Below are positions 12,064-24,110 of a stretch of 64,000 bases of DNA, piece after piece. The stretch spans positions 100,378,001 through 100,442,000 of the forward strand of contig NC_135891.1 in assembly GCF_964194155.1 (NCBI RefSeq), in the 5' to 3' direction. Below the pieces are notes generated by a model. That model made no database searches and had not been told where the DNA came from. It saw only the letters and a program-made list of their open reading frames with translations. The position numbers and the translations under genes are program-made. Numbering within the stretch: position 1 is the stretch's first letter; every line of letters starts with the position of its first letter. This DNA is from Cetorhinus maximus. Lineage: Eukaryota.

Positions 12064-12838
12064 GGGCTGGATTTAATGCTCCCCAGCCAGCGGGTTTGAA
12101 GGTGGGAGGGAGGGGGAGCATTAAATTGAGTAGGAGTCATGTCCGCCCTTGCCCCTGCCACCATTTTACTTGCGATGAGGTGGGCGTCAAGCAGCCTGTC
12201 TGCCCATGGGCAAATTGATGCCCTTAAGTGGGTAATTAATTACCCCTTAAGAGCTTCATCGCACTACTGCTAAGATTTAAGTGGGATCAGGACTGGCCAA
12301 CACCAAGCTGCCATCTCAACTCTCCTTACCTGGCACCTTGGCCCCAGCAGACGGCTCCTCCCAAGGTGTAACCCCGCGCCCCCCCATGACCCCCCCAGGT
12401 TCCCTTCCTCCTCAGCCTTATTTCTACCCTGGTCCCAAAGTCCCATGGTCTTCCTCCCCAGGACTTGCCTGCTCGACCCCGGCAAGACACCTGCTGGGCT
12501 GGATCCTGTACCACATGCCTCCTCTCGGCTTCACTGCAGTACCAGCAGTGGCCACCGGTCCCAGTGGCACTGCTGGTACTGGAGATCTGTCGGCCTCTGA
12601 TTGGCCAGCTGTTCTCTGAGGCAGGACTTGCTGTTTTTGAGCCCCACCTCATCTCAATTAGCGGCCAATCAGCCTTCTAATGGCTGTGGGGCAGCAGTCT
12701 GGATGTAGGTGGAGGGGAAGGCCCATGATGCCCAGGTCCATGATGCCCAGGTCCATGATGCCCAGGTCCATGATACCCATGTCCATGATGCTCAGGTCCA
12801 TGATGCCCAGGTCCATGATGCCCTTTTAAATGCAGCCC
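12064..12838. mobile_element. Harbinger-type MITE
   Basis: Ends gggctggatttaa / ttaaatgcagccc; TSD CTG/CTA; palindrome cttaagtgggtaattaattaccccttaag (12223-12251). Confidence 0.75.
12723..12823 (+). repeat. 15-bp tandem repeat (ccatgatgcccaggt), about 6.7 copies
   Basis: Directly visible array just inside the right MITE end. Confidence 0.92.
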
Positions 12839-13379
12839 CTAGAAGCAACTTTTTTGTGATATTACAAAGGTTTAGTATTCTTGCATAAAATTCCTGAGTT
12901 CATTAGCCGATTGAAAATCAAAACTTAACAGAAGGAATGGAAGTTCCTTTGTCAATACCGCAAAAAGTAATTTCTAGGCTTTGAAGTGTAAATGTTTATA
13001 GAGCATTAGTTCATTGTAGGTCATTTCTTTAAAATTCTCCCCAGAATTGCATCTGTTTTATGTAAGTTAGGGCGTTGGGCTGTGTTCATGTTTTTTGGCT
13101 TATTAGGTCATTTATTCTCAATGGAATAATGCCTGCTTTAAAATGATGGAGAGGAATGTAATCTAAGTGCATTAAATGTTTGGTTGTGAACTTTTCTGAT
13201 CAGAAAATATGATAATTAATGAAAAGTGCTCATTAATTTTAAATTGCTGAAGGAACACTGCTGAAATGTTACCACTTTAATATCGGTTAGGATGTTCCTC
13301 GCGGCTGCTCCAGCATTGCTGCTGTATCTTTGCTGGAAATGTGATAGAAACCTCATTTACTTGTGATGGATTATAATTA

Positions 13380-13770
13380 TCAGGAAGGACTGAACAGGCT
13401 GGAGCTCTTTTCAATAGAAAAGGGAAGGCTGAATGTAACTAATAGAGATCCTTAAAATTGACAAGAGAAAAAAGAGATGTTTCCATGGGGGAGTCCAAAA
13501 CTAGGGGGCATAACTATCAAATATTCACTAATAATTCCAATAAGAAATTAAGGAGAAGCTTCTTTACTCAGTCAGTGGTTAAAATGGGGAATATGGAGTA
13601 ACTGAGGCGAATAGTATAAATGTATTGGAGAAGCTAGGTAGTATATGATGGAGAAAGGAATAAAAGGAAACGTTGATAGGGTGAGAGGAAGTAAGCTGGG
13701 AGGAGCATAAATAATGACATAGCCCACTTGGGGGCTGAATGGCCTGTTTCTGGTGCTGTAAATTCTAAGA
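13380..13770 (+). mobile_element. Old CR1 LINE 3' fragment
   Basis: aaaactagggggcataa, ttctttactcag, gggctgaatggcctgtttctg match the CR1 3' ends at 50706 and 55843. Confidence 0.65.
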
Positions 13771-15811
13771 AGTTCGAGGTAAATGCAGTTTCTGCCACAC
13801 TACAGGATGACATTACAGTGGGGGCAGCTCCGAGGCAATTCTGGCCATTAATGTATTTCATTTCCTATTCCTGGGTTGTCATAAGGACCCATTGCCAATG
13901 GTATTTTCAGCCTCGTAATGAAACAGCTGCAATTATACCCAGCGTACAACTTACCTTCTCTGTTCATGGTCAACAGTAGGAAAATGCTAATGGAGTTTGA
14001 GGAAGGTGATTGCTACTAAGCAGATATTCTATATTTTCCCTTTACCTCATAACTAGGGACCAGATCAATAGGAGGCTTCTCTTATTTCTGTTTCATTTAG
14101 TATCAAGCGATGGGATCCCTGCATGTAACAAGAACCAATAATTCCTGTCCTGAATGTTAGAATTACAAAGTCCCATTTTGGCACGATGAGCTTATTTGCT
14201 TTATCCATTTTGCTATAGACACACAAAATGAGGCACAGGCTTTGTCCGTGCAAGCTGATTTTTAAAAAAAGGAATACAATTAACAGTTCGCACCAACAGC
14301 AAAATTCAGAATTTCATGGACACTCCCTCCTGTTCCATTTCTGTCTTATGATATTATGCAGCTGCACTTCAACATCCAAACTATTGTGGAGTCACATCGT
14401 TGCCATTTAGATATTCAATATTGTTTGAGTGACCTTCTAAATGGGGTCATTGTGTCATATTTGCAGATTATGGCAGGTATGGATTTTACAACAGTGCATT
14501 AATATTGCAATAATTATAAATATTCACTGCTGATTAACTGCAAGCTGCAATCAATTATTATATCTAGAGTGTCTTTTAGCCCTTTCCCCTCTCAAGTAAA
14601 ATTATCATATCAGCTGGATTGCCTTTCCCCACTGGCCCATTTTTACAAATAAAGCAATGTCATGTGTACGGCTTAGGGCATTTTCAATGACACCGGGAGC
14701 TGCTTGCAATTTCCTTGGAGCTTTTCCAGGTTTCCCAGTCAAGTTCCATAACGTTAAACGTTATCCCTTACATCTTTGGCATTCTGAGCTTGCTGTCTTA
14801 CATAATAGATTATTTTTCTAGATAAATTGAAAGTAAAATATCTTGTGGTATCCCAGTGAGGGAAGAAGGTCTTTGAGACCGTCTCCTTTTTGCTGGGTAT
14901 CATCTGTCAGGAGAGTTAATGCTGAGGCACAAGAACAACATGGCTGCCATCATTATTAGGCAACCAGTTGTGTGCTCCCAATGAGGGATAGATGTATTTG
15001 AAAAATGATCAATTTTTACACTGTAAATACTTAATTACTAAGCAAACCTAGCTTAGTATCTTAGTGCTGTATCACAGGCATCATTCTGAATTATCTTCAG
15101 CCAGATCTGTTGAATATGGCACAGAACGGCTGAAGTTCTATTATGGCGATTTTCCTTAAACTACCCCAACAATCCATCTCATCCTCAGCCTGAAAAAGGT
15201 GATCCTCGCTTCATCAAAACAGCATTTGCATTAAAACGGGAAGAGCCTGCCAAAATATTTGCTACTCTTGTGCTTTTGTGAATAATTCATTGGAGAGATT
15301 AGTCTTTCGCAGACATGTAACACTGCCATTATCATCGAACAAGACAGCCAGAAATTAGTTTGCTTTTGACCCTTTGCAGAAAGCAAGGAAGGGAGTTGTT
15401 CATTTGTCTGCCGTAGCTGGTTCCAGAACTGAAAGGACAGCAGTTCTAAACACAGATGAACAAATGGCCTCCCATCTAATTCAAAACAAAACCTAAGCTG
15501 TTACAATCAGTACCCTTTCCTTTACTCAAATGATAAAGTGAAAACTTGGCTTTGCTCCAACCTTCCACTTCACAACTGAATTAAGGTCATATCGTAATAA
15601 TCAATGTGTGCTGGATGGAAAGTCAAAGCAGGAGTCTAAATATCTTTTGAACATCTCCTGCAGTGTGTTCACTGGGGGGTTCGAACCCACACTGGCTCCT
15701 ACTCCAGGCTCTAACTTGCTCATTGCCTTCTCCATTCAATTGCTTAGCATGTAATCCCCACCACTTCCCTGGAAATGGCTGGGGTGGGGGTATACCAGCT
15801 GAGCTAAGAAT

Positions 15812-15951
15812 GGATAAAGGCAAAATAATGCGGATGCTGGAAATCTGAAACAAAAACAAAAAATGCTAGAAAAACTCAGCAGGTCTAACAGCATCTGTGG
15901 AGAGAAAGACAGAGTTAACATTTCAGGTCCACGTGACTCTTCTTCAGAGCT
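15812..15951 (-). mobile_element. Penelope-like terminal fragment with hammerhead motif (15913-15951)
   Basis: Reverse strand agct-CTGAAGA-a-gagtcacgtggacct-GAAATGTT-aact; flanking repeat gagctaagaat (15801, 15947). Confidence 0.72.
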
Positions 15952-16179
15952 AAGAATAGACCCTGAATACCAAAGATCAGCTTTCAATGCACGGGAAGTG
16001 GAAGGTTGAGTCCCGACATTACCACTGAGACATCAAGAGGAATCAAGTAGAAGGAGAGTGCAAGGCGAACTAACAAAGTGTTCGAGAGAAGAATGGAGAG
16101 CAAAGGTGAGATGAATTGCTGTCCCACTGCAGTTCCCATCCACTAGCTAGAGCTGAGTGAGGAGATCAGGTTGAATCAG

Positions 16180-16910
16180 ACCAGTGACTATACATTAACA
16201 AAGGGATAGTGCTTTAAGCTTGAAGATGTAAGATTCAACTTAGGACTGGATAAGAAATTTGCTGAAGGGTCGAAATCAGCAGGTACTTGCTCAAGGAGAT
16301 ATCTTGGTGTGCTGGAAGGTGCTGTATGTAGTGACTCAGAGATTGGTGTTGAAACCCTTAGAGATGGTATTAATGTAGGTGAGATGGATGAATCTGGGGA
16401 GGCAGCTGAGGAGTTTAAAATGAGTTAGACAAAATATATGTAAGCAGAATAATGCTAGATAAAATAGTGAAATGTACAAGTGTAAACACTACAGACAGAA
16501 AGAAAAGAAGTATTTCATGAATCGTGCTGAAATAGATAAGGATGAAGTTGAAAGAGATCTTGGCATTTGAGTGAACTTGGTGTTCAACATGTCCAATTGC
16601 TACAGAGCAACAATCAACAAAGCAAACAGAATGAAGGGCCACATAGTCAAAACAATAGAGCAGACATTAGTGGAACTCAAGGTTAAACTGTACAAGTTCT
16701 TCGGTCAGCCAATATCCTAAGTGTTACATCCAGCTCTGGTTACAGTCACAATGGAGATACTCTAGCTGTGGATGTGGGTTCAGAGAGGAACCACGAGGCT
16801 AATCCCAATATTATCAGAGGACTAAGTTATGAGCAAACATTAGAGAAACTTGGATCTTTCAGTTTTGTATAGAAGTAACTGAGAGGTGTCATTATAAAAG
16901 TATGTATGGG
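16180..16910 (+). mobile_element. Old CR1 LINE RT fragment
   Basis: WIRNLLKGRNQQV-like segment, gagatcttggc (RDLG), ttatgagcaaacattagagaaacttgg (YE..LEKL); many stops. Confidence 0.6.
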
Positions 16911-17324
16911 TTGGGACATTCAGCCCCTGAAGCCTGCTTTACCATTCAATTACAACAGAGTTGATCTGCACCTCAACTCCATTTACCCATCCTGGCTGCC
17001 TTGATATCTTTACCGAATAAAAATCTATCGATCTCAGTCTTGAGAGCCCCAAGTGAGCCAACTTCCACAGATCCATGATACTTTGAGTGATAAGTTGTAA
17101 TGCAATATTAACGCCCCAACAAAGGTATTTACCTTTGTATAACACTTTTCGCATAACAAAATTCCATAGGGACTTTATAGAGACCTTGGTGAACCCTACG
17201 TAGGTTAGCCCTATGGTGCACACATTATCACACGATACTGGCAGAGAGTGTACTGGCACAAAACAGAATAGAATCATTAAAAAAAATTAAAACAGTTTCT
17301 ACTTTGAAGTAAATCAGATACCCT

Positions 17325-17905
17325 GCAATCTAGTATCAGTGTTCGCGTGAACATTTATAAAACGCTGGTTTGGCCTCAACTGGAAAATTGTGTCCCAATT
17401 CTGGGCATTGCATTTTAGAAAGGATTGGAGAGGGCGCAGAAAAGATTTATGAGAATGGTAAATCCAGGGATCAGAGGCTTCAGTTTTCAGGATAGGTAGC
17501 TGGGGCTGTTTGCTGTGGAGAAGAGAATGTTGAGAGGAGATTAGATGTTCAAAAATCATGAGAGGTATGGATAGAGGAGTGCGGAGAAATTGTTTCCATT
17601 AGCTGAAGGGTCATGAACTAGAGATCACCGATTTACGGTGACTGGCAAAAGAGCCAGAGGCGACCTGAGGAAAGTCTTTTTTACACAGTGAGTGGTTAAG
17701 ATCTGGAATGCGCTGCCCGAGAGTGTGGTAGAGGCAGATTCAATTGTGGCTTTCAAAAGAGAATTGGATAATTATCTGAAGAGAAAACATATGGGGGAGA
17801 GGCAAGGGAGTGAGAGTAACTGAGCAGCTCTGACAGAGAGTTAGCCTGGGCACAACAGGCTGAATAGCCTCCTTCTACACTGTAACCATTTTATGATTCT
17901 ATGGT
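17325..17905 (+). mobile_element. CR1 LINE 3' fragment
   Basis: YKTLVWPQLENCVPI-like segment, ttttttacacagtgagtggttaagatctggaatgcgctgcc, tail ggctgaatagcctccttc...tatgattctatg. Confidence 0.75.
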
Positions 17906-19094
17906 GAGCATAAAGCACTCAGCTTTCAGTCTTCTTGTTATGATGTCATCTGGATTGGATTACTACCTTTAAAACATTCCCTTGGGTCCACTATTCTGAA
18001 AATGAATCATTTTTTTCATACCATATTCCTCATTTCCCTAGCCCCAGGGCAGTCTTGTGCCAGTGTCAGTGGGAGAAGCAGCAGAAACCATCATAACGGC
18101 TTGCAAAACTCTCCCTGCCATTACTTTGAACAAATGGTTCACTTGAGTTCGAAATATTGAAATCCTATCGTTCAAACACTTCAATAGTTTAATTATGCGA
18201 GGCATACTCACGTCAGCCAATACTGCAGCCTGATTTATAATCATTAGATGAGGGTTTTACTGAATTAAAGCCGCATCATCCCACAATGGTCCTTAATCAC
18301 TTTTAGAGTATTTCTCAAAATTTCTCCCCTTTAAAAAAAACTATAGATAAATAAGTCTTTTGCAATTAATGCAGGGTCTGTGTCCATCACATGTCACAAG
18401 CTTTACATTTTATCAGATGTGCGTGTTTGTATCACACTTTAAAATGTAAGCAAAGAACACTTGTGATTTACTGTTGGCATTAGTGAAACTTACCAACAAC
18501 AGTACCCTAACTGATCTCAGGATCTGGCTAAGAGCAATTAGTCTCTAACTGACCTCAAAATGAACCTATAAAAGCAATTAGACCCACAACTGTGAACCAC
18601 TAGTTATACACAGCTTCACTTTGGCAGAACAAGAGTACTTTGTGCGTTACATGGTAAAATAGTTTTGTTCTTAGCACAAAAGCAAACCTTCAACTTTCCA
18701 TGAGTAATTTTCTGGAAGGCTTATTAGTTCTGATATAAAGTTATGTAGAGTTTGTTGTTTATATCATGTAGCCATGTGGTTGAAATCAGAAGCAGAAGCA
18801 TTAATTTGCCCACAGCTGTATTTCATGTCGCACCCTTACTTTCAATATAGTTTGAAAAACACCAAATTAATATTTGGATTGCCACTCGCTCCTATTTTCC
18901 CACCTCAGTCTGGAGCTCCACATTTCTCACCTGGATTTCCAACCTGGGCCTGCTGAGAAATGTGGAGCATAACTGCTCCTCGAGGCCTCAGAGTACTGTG
19001 GGAGTGTTGGGGGAAGCCAAGCCACAACCCCTTTTTACAGTACGAGCTGGTGTAAACTGGTAAGTTTAAATGTCCCAGTCACTTGTAGTGCTAC

Positions 19095-20550
19095 AGCTAC
19101 AACACTGGCATCTAGCTGGCTATGTGGAAAATTGCCCAGGTATGTCCTGTACACCAAAAGCAGGACAAATCCAACCCGACCAATTACTGCCCCCATCAGT
19201 CTACTCTCGATCATCAGTAAAGTAATGGAAGGGGTCATCAACAGTGCTATCAAGGGGCACTTGCTTAGCAATAATCTGCTCACTGACACCCAGTTTGGGT
19301 TCTGCCAGGACCACTCAGCTCCTGACCTCATTACAGCCTTGGTTCAAACATGGACATAAGATCTGAACTCCTGAGGTGAGGTGAGAGTGACTGTCCTTGA
19401 CATCAAGGTAGCATTTGACAGAGTGTGGCATCAAGGAACCCTAGCAAAACTGGAATCAATGGGGATCAGGGGGAAAACTCTCCGCTGGGTGGAGTCATAC
19501 CTAGCACAAAGGAAGATGGTTGTGGTTGTTGGAGGTCAGTCACCTCAGCTCCAGGACATCACTGCAGGAGTTCCTCAGGGTAGTGTCTGAGCCCCAAACA
19601 TCTTCAGCTGCTTCATCAATGACCTCCCTTCTATCATAAGGTCAGAAGTGGGAATGCTTGCTGATGATTGCACGATGTGCAGCACCATTCACGACCTCTC
19701 AGATACTGAAGCAGTCCATGTCCAAATGCAGCAAGATCTGGACAATATCCAGGCTTTGGCTGACAAGTGGCAAGTACCATTTGTGCCTCACATGTGCCAG
19801 GCAATGATAATCTTCAACAAGAGAGAATCTAACCATCACCCCTTGATGTTCAATGACATTACCATCACTGAATCCACCACTATCAGCATCCTGAGGGTTA
19901 CCATTGACCAGAAACTGAAATGGACTAGCCATATAAATACGGTGGCTACAAGAGCAGGTCAGAGGCTAGGAATCGTGTGACGAGTAACTCACCTCCTGAC
20001 TCCCCAAAGCCTGTCCACCATCTACAAGGCACAAGTCAGGAGTGGGATGGAATACTCCCCACTTACCTGGATGAGTGCAGCTCCCACAACACTGAAGAAG
20101 CTTGACACCATCCAGGACAAAGCAGCCCCGCTTGATTGGCACCACATCCACAAACATTCACTCCCTCCACCACTGATGCACAGTAGCAGCAGTGTGTACC
20201 ATCTACAAGATGCACTGCAGGAATTCACCAAGGCTCATTCGATAGCACCTTCCAAATCCATGACTACTATCACCTAGACAGACAAAGACAGCAGATAGAC
20301 GAGAAAACCAACTGGAACCGCCTGGAAGTTCCCCTCCAAGTCACCCGCCATCCTGACTTGGAAATATATCGCCGTTCCTTCACTGTCACTGGGTCAAAAT
20401 CCTGGAACTCCCTCCCTAACAGCACTGTAGGTGTATCTACACCTTGCAGGCTGCAGCGATTCAAGAAGGCAGCTCACCACCACCTTCTCAAGGCCAACTA
20501 GGGATGGGTAATAAATGCTGGCCCAGCCAGTGAAGCCCACATCCCATGAA
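19095..20550 (+). mobile_element. 5'-truncated CR1-group (Zenon-like) LINE, RT pseudogene plus 3' UTR
   Basis: PISLLSIISKVME, LDIKVAFDRVWH, GVPQGSV, LADDC, IYKAQVRSGMEYS; 3' end aataaatgctggcc...cacatcccatgaa plus A-tail. Confidence 0.88.
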
Positions 20551-21161
20551 TAAATAGTAAAAAAAAAACTTAGAGAAGCTAAGTGTGTAGGGTAAATGGG
20601 GGGTGGGGGTCGGGTGGTTGGTGGGGGGGTGTCGGTAGTTAGGGTGTTTGGCTGGTTGGGGGGTGATGTTGGCTGGTGTTTGGGGGTTGTCGGGGATTGC
20701 AAGGGGTGGGGGGTAGTCAGGAGGTGCAGGAGTAGTTGGGTGGTCGGGAGGCAATCAGCGGGTTGGGAGGTAGCAGGTAGGTGAGGGGTAGTTGGGGGGT
20801 GGGAGGTAGTCAGGAGGTTGGGGACAAGGTAGTTGGGTGTTCAGGGGGGTTAATCGGGGGTCCAGTGGGGAGTTGGGGGGTCAGTACTATAGTCACCCAG
20901 GAGTTAGAACTGGTTTTAATCCTTCTAACTTTTCCTGGTAATTATCCTGGTAAGTTGTCAGAACCATCCTAAGTCTCTGACCTTAAGTTGGAGTTTTGGA
21001 AAGTTCCAGAAGCAGGGTAATTGCCCAATGGAAGTTGAAGCTTCCCAGGCAATTCTCATGCAGCCCTTGCATGGGGGTTTATGTGGGGTACCCCAGTGCA
21101 CCCCTGGGGGTATCTCCAGGGTGCAAGCATCTGAAGACCGGGAGATCTGGGCCTTCCTGAC

Positions 21162-21374
21162 TGTAATGACTTGACGTACCGGACAGGTTTCTACTTGAAA
21201 CAGATAACTTTATTACAGAGAGCTTTTCAGAAGCTATATGCTTGAACCAGGTCCTCAACTGGAAAGCCACGCCCTCCAGATTACCCAAGCTTAGGGCTCA
21301 TTGGTCGGAGTCTCCAAGAACAATCACATGGCCCTTGATAGGTAGTAGGAAGGGCTATACCTTTAATTACTACA
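21162..21374 (-). repeat. 3' LTR, with polypurine tract at 21375-21389
   Basis: tgtaatgacttgacgtacc...attactaca; adjacent ttcctccccctttag is the reverse complement of a PPT. Confidence 0.92.
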
Positions 21375-22662
21375 TTCCTCCCCCTTTAGTTTTTTTACAC
21401 TTCCTATTTATAAAGAACATTTGAATAACCCATAACATATACATATATACAAGTCAGGTGATTAAAATTAAGTCTCTGAGGTGGTTTCCTTATTCAGTTA
21501 GAGCGGCATAGCTCTACCACTTGAGGTTCTTCTACTGGATTGGCATGATCAGGAACTGCAGCATCAGGTACAGCATTAGAAAGCGGCAGTTCAATGTTTG
21601 GCAACTCTACAGAGACATCAGACATGTCTATTGTAGGTCAACCTGTCACCTCAGGGATTAATGGTTTGGTGTTAATCACAGGCGGAAAAGCTGGTTGTTG
21701 GAATGTCTCTCTATTCCTAAGATGATCCACGTGTTTTCGAACAATTTGGCCTTCCACTTCAACCTGGAAAGACAAGGACTAGTTTCTGAAACAGTTGTAC
21801 CAGGAACCCAACAAGGTCCACTTCCAAAATCCTGCATGAAAACTGTCTCTCCTACACTGAATCTTTGAGCTTTGCTATGAGTATCGTGATGCAATTTTTG
21901 ATTACTCTGATTCGTCTCTACCTTCCCCTCTAAGTTGGAAACACTAGACTTAACCTTGTACGTGGGGAGCGTTTCATCAATAATTCAGGCAGTGTTGAAC
22001 CCGTAGTTGAATGAGGCGTCGTACGGTAATTGAGAAGAAAGTGGGAAAGTCGAGCTTCTAGAGTCCCTTCTGATAACCTCTTCATTCCAGATTTGAAAGT
22101 TTGCACAACTCTCTCAGCTAACCCATTTGATGAGGGATGATACTGTGCTGCTTCAATACGCCTCATTCCATTTAAACTCATCGGCAGAGTTTTTCCCTCA
22201 GCTGGGCACATGCCCGACTTGAACGGGAGTAAAATGACATCCCGACGTCACCGTGCGCTCTCGCGATCTTTCACTCAGTGGGCGTGTGTGGGTACCGGAG
22301 AAGCGCCCGCCTTTAATTAACAGGCCACTTAAGGCCCTTAACAATGCAATTGTCTGAGATTTTTTTTTGTCCATGCAACTTTCTGCTCATCGCACGGGCA
22401 AAACCGGCAGGCGGCCAGCTGACATTTCCTCAAACCTCATCCACGGGTGGGATAAAAAGGGTCAGCAGCATTGTCAGTGTGAGTATTGATCAGTTATGGA
22501 GATAGTTTGCTGCTGGTTACTGATTTGTATTTAGCAGCTTCATCTCTGTTTGGGGCTTCGTTCTTAGCATTTCCAGGCCTCATTTCAGGACTCATTGCTG
22601 TCTGCCAGGCCCCCAGAGGATTCAGACCGTGTGGTATCAGACAGCCTTCCCTTACCCTGGGA

Positions 22663-22993
22663 ATGGGGATTGTGGTCTCAGCTGGTGGCACCTCCTCTGA
22701 GGAGGAAGAGAGGGGCAGAAGGGAGAGGAGGCCGGGTGTCCCTATGCAGCTTCCGGGGGAGGGACCTGTGGGAGGAGAGGCGCAGACACAAGGGGCGCAG
22801 GGCCAGCAGGAAGTCCAAGGTGGAAGGGGCCGCAGAAGACACCACTATCCCACTGCCAGGGTTTACAGGCGGCAATGCAGCTACCTCAATATGTCCGAGG
22901 TGCAATGCCAAAGGGAGAGCCATTTGCCAGATGATTGAGCCTGTGATCAGCTCCGATTGTGTGGGTGGACACCCCAGGCCAGTGGCTCTGAAA
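22663..22993 (+). pseudogene. Harbinger transposase N-terminal fragment
   Basis: RVYRRQCSYLNMSEVQCQR and ICQMI...GGHPRPVALK parallel the N-terminus of the transposase at 62294+; truncated before the DDE core. Confidence 0.75.
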
Positions 22994-22999
22994 TGCCTC

Positions 23000-24110
23000 C
23001 ACCTGCACTCAAGCGAGTGTCAAGTGCCCTCACCAATGTGCACCGAGATACTAGCCACTGAACTAATGCCCATCGAGGTGCTGGTATCTGTGCTGGTAGC
23101 TGCTTCAGAGAGCGGGTATGATGCAGGTGACAGTGACGCCCGGTGGTCCTCCTGTGTCAGGTGTGGCCCTTCAGGGTCCGGAGATCAGACGGCTGCTGGT
23201 GAACCTAAAAGGGAGAAGAAGGACATGTCACTAGTTAAAGTCATCACACTGTCACTGTGCATGCCAGACACACGGGCGAGACAATGGAGATCTGCATCAC
23301 GGTGACATCATCTTCCAACGATCAGTGAGGATGCCAGGGTCGAGGCTCCCATCAATGAGGAGACTGCACTAGAATGGTTGCACAATCTGAGAGTGTCACC
23401 TCTATGCACTGAGCTTACCTTCATCTAGCTCCCCGGCCTCTCCACGCCCGGTTGCACAGGAAGCGTGTCGACTCTCCAGCTCAAGGGCGTCCTGCTCGAA
23501 CCGGGAGAGCAGTAGCAGGTTGGGTGGGCCCCTGCCTGTACGTGACCTCTCAGCTTGGTTTTGGCTCGTCTTCTCCTGAAAGTACAAAGGAGCATTGATT
23601 AGTCCACTCTTTACCTGCAGCATCATTGCAGCCTGGCCAACCCTAGCTGAGGAACACCTCACAGGGCACATCCGAGTCGTGGCCCTTGAGCCACAAGACA
23701 CTCAGCCCAAGCAGCCAGGGCTCATGCCCTTGGCCAGCTCCGGTGTCATTGACAGTTGGCACTCAGACTCTGGCACTGCTGAGGTCCACAGTGGGGGGCG
23801 GGAATGGCCACACCGTCACACTTCTGCACACTGACCCATACCAACATGACCCTCACCCTTCCTGAGTGCAGCAGGTCATTGAAGAGCTTCCGGCATCTGC
23901 ACCCATGTGCTCCGCACCACATCATAGCTGCTCACCCGGGCTGCCACCTCCTCCCATGCCGTCTTGGTGAGATGCGGTGGCCTCCTCCTCCCATCTCTGG
24001 GGACAAGGGTGTCCCTCCTGGCAGCCACCTCCTCCAGCAGGACGGTGAGACACTCATCGGAAAAGCGGGGGGCCGAGTGCCCACCCAACCTGCCCTCCCA
24101 CCTGGCGTTT
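23000..24110 (-). pseudogene. Harbinger Myb/SANT-like (trihelix) gene, 3 predicted exons
   Basis: APRFSDECLTVLLEEVAARRDTL...AWEEVAARVS; GT-AG introns 23856-23576 and 23418-23205; exon 2 EKTSQNQAERSRTGRGPP. Confidence 0.82.

Noticed and set aside
12723-12823. CRISPR-like array
   Set aside because: Contiguous tandem units without spacers, in vertebrate DNA.
22595-23305. 236-aa ORF as a novel protein
   Set aside because: Spans the deletion junction between the transposase fragment and the antisense Myb gene in GC-rich transposon DNA.
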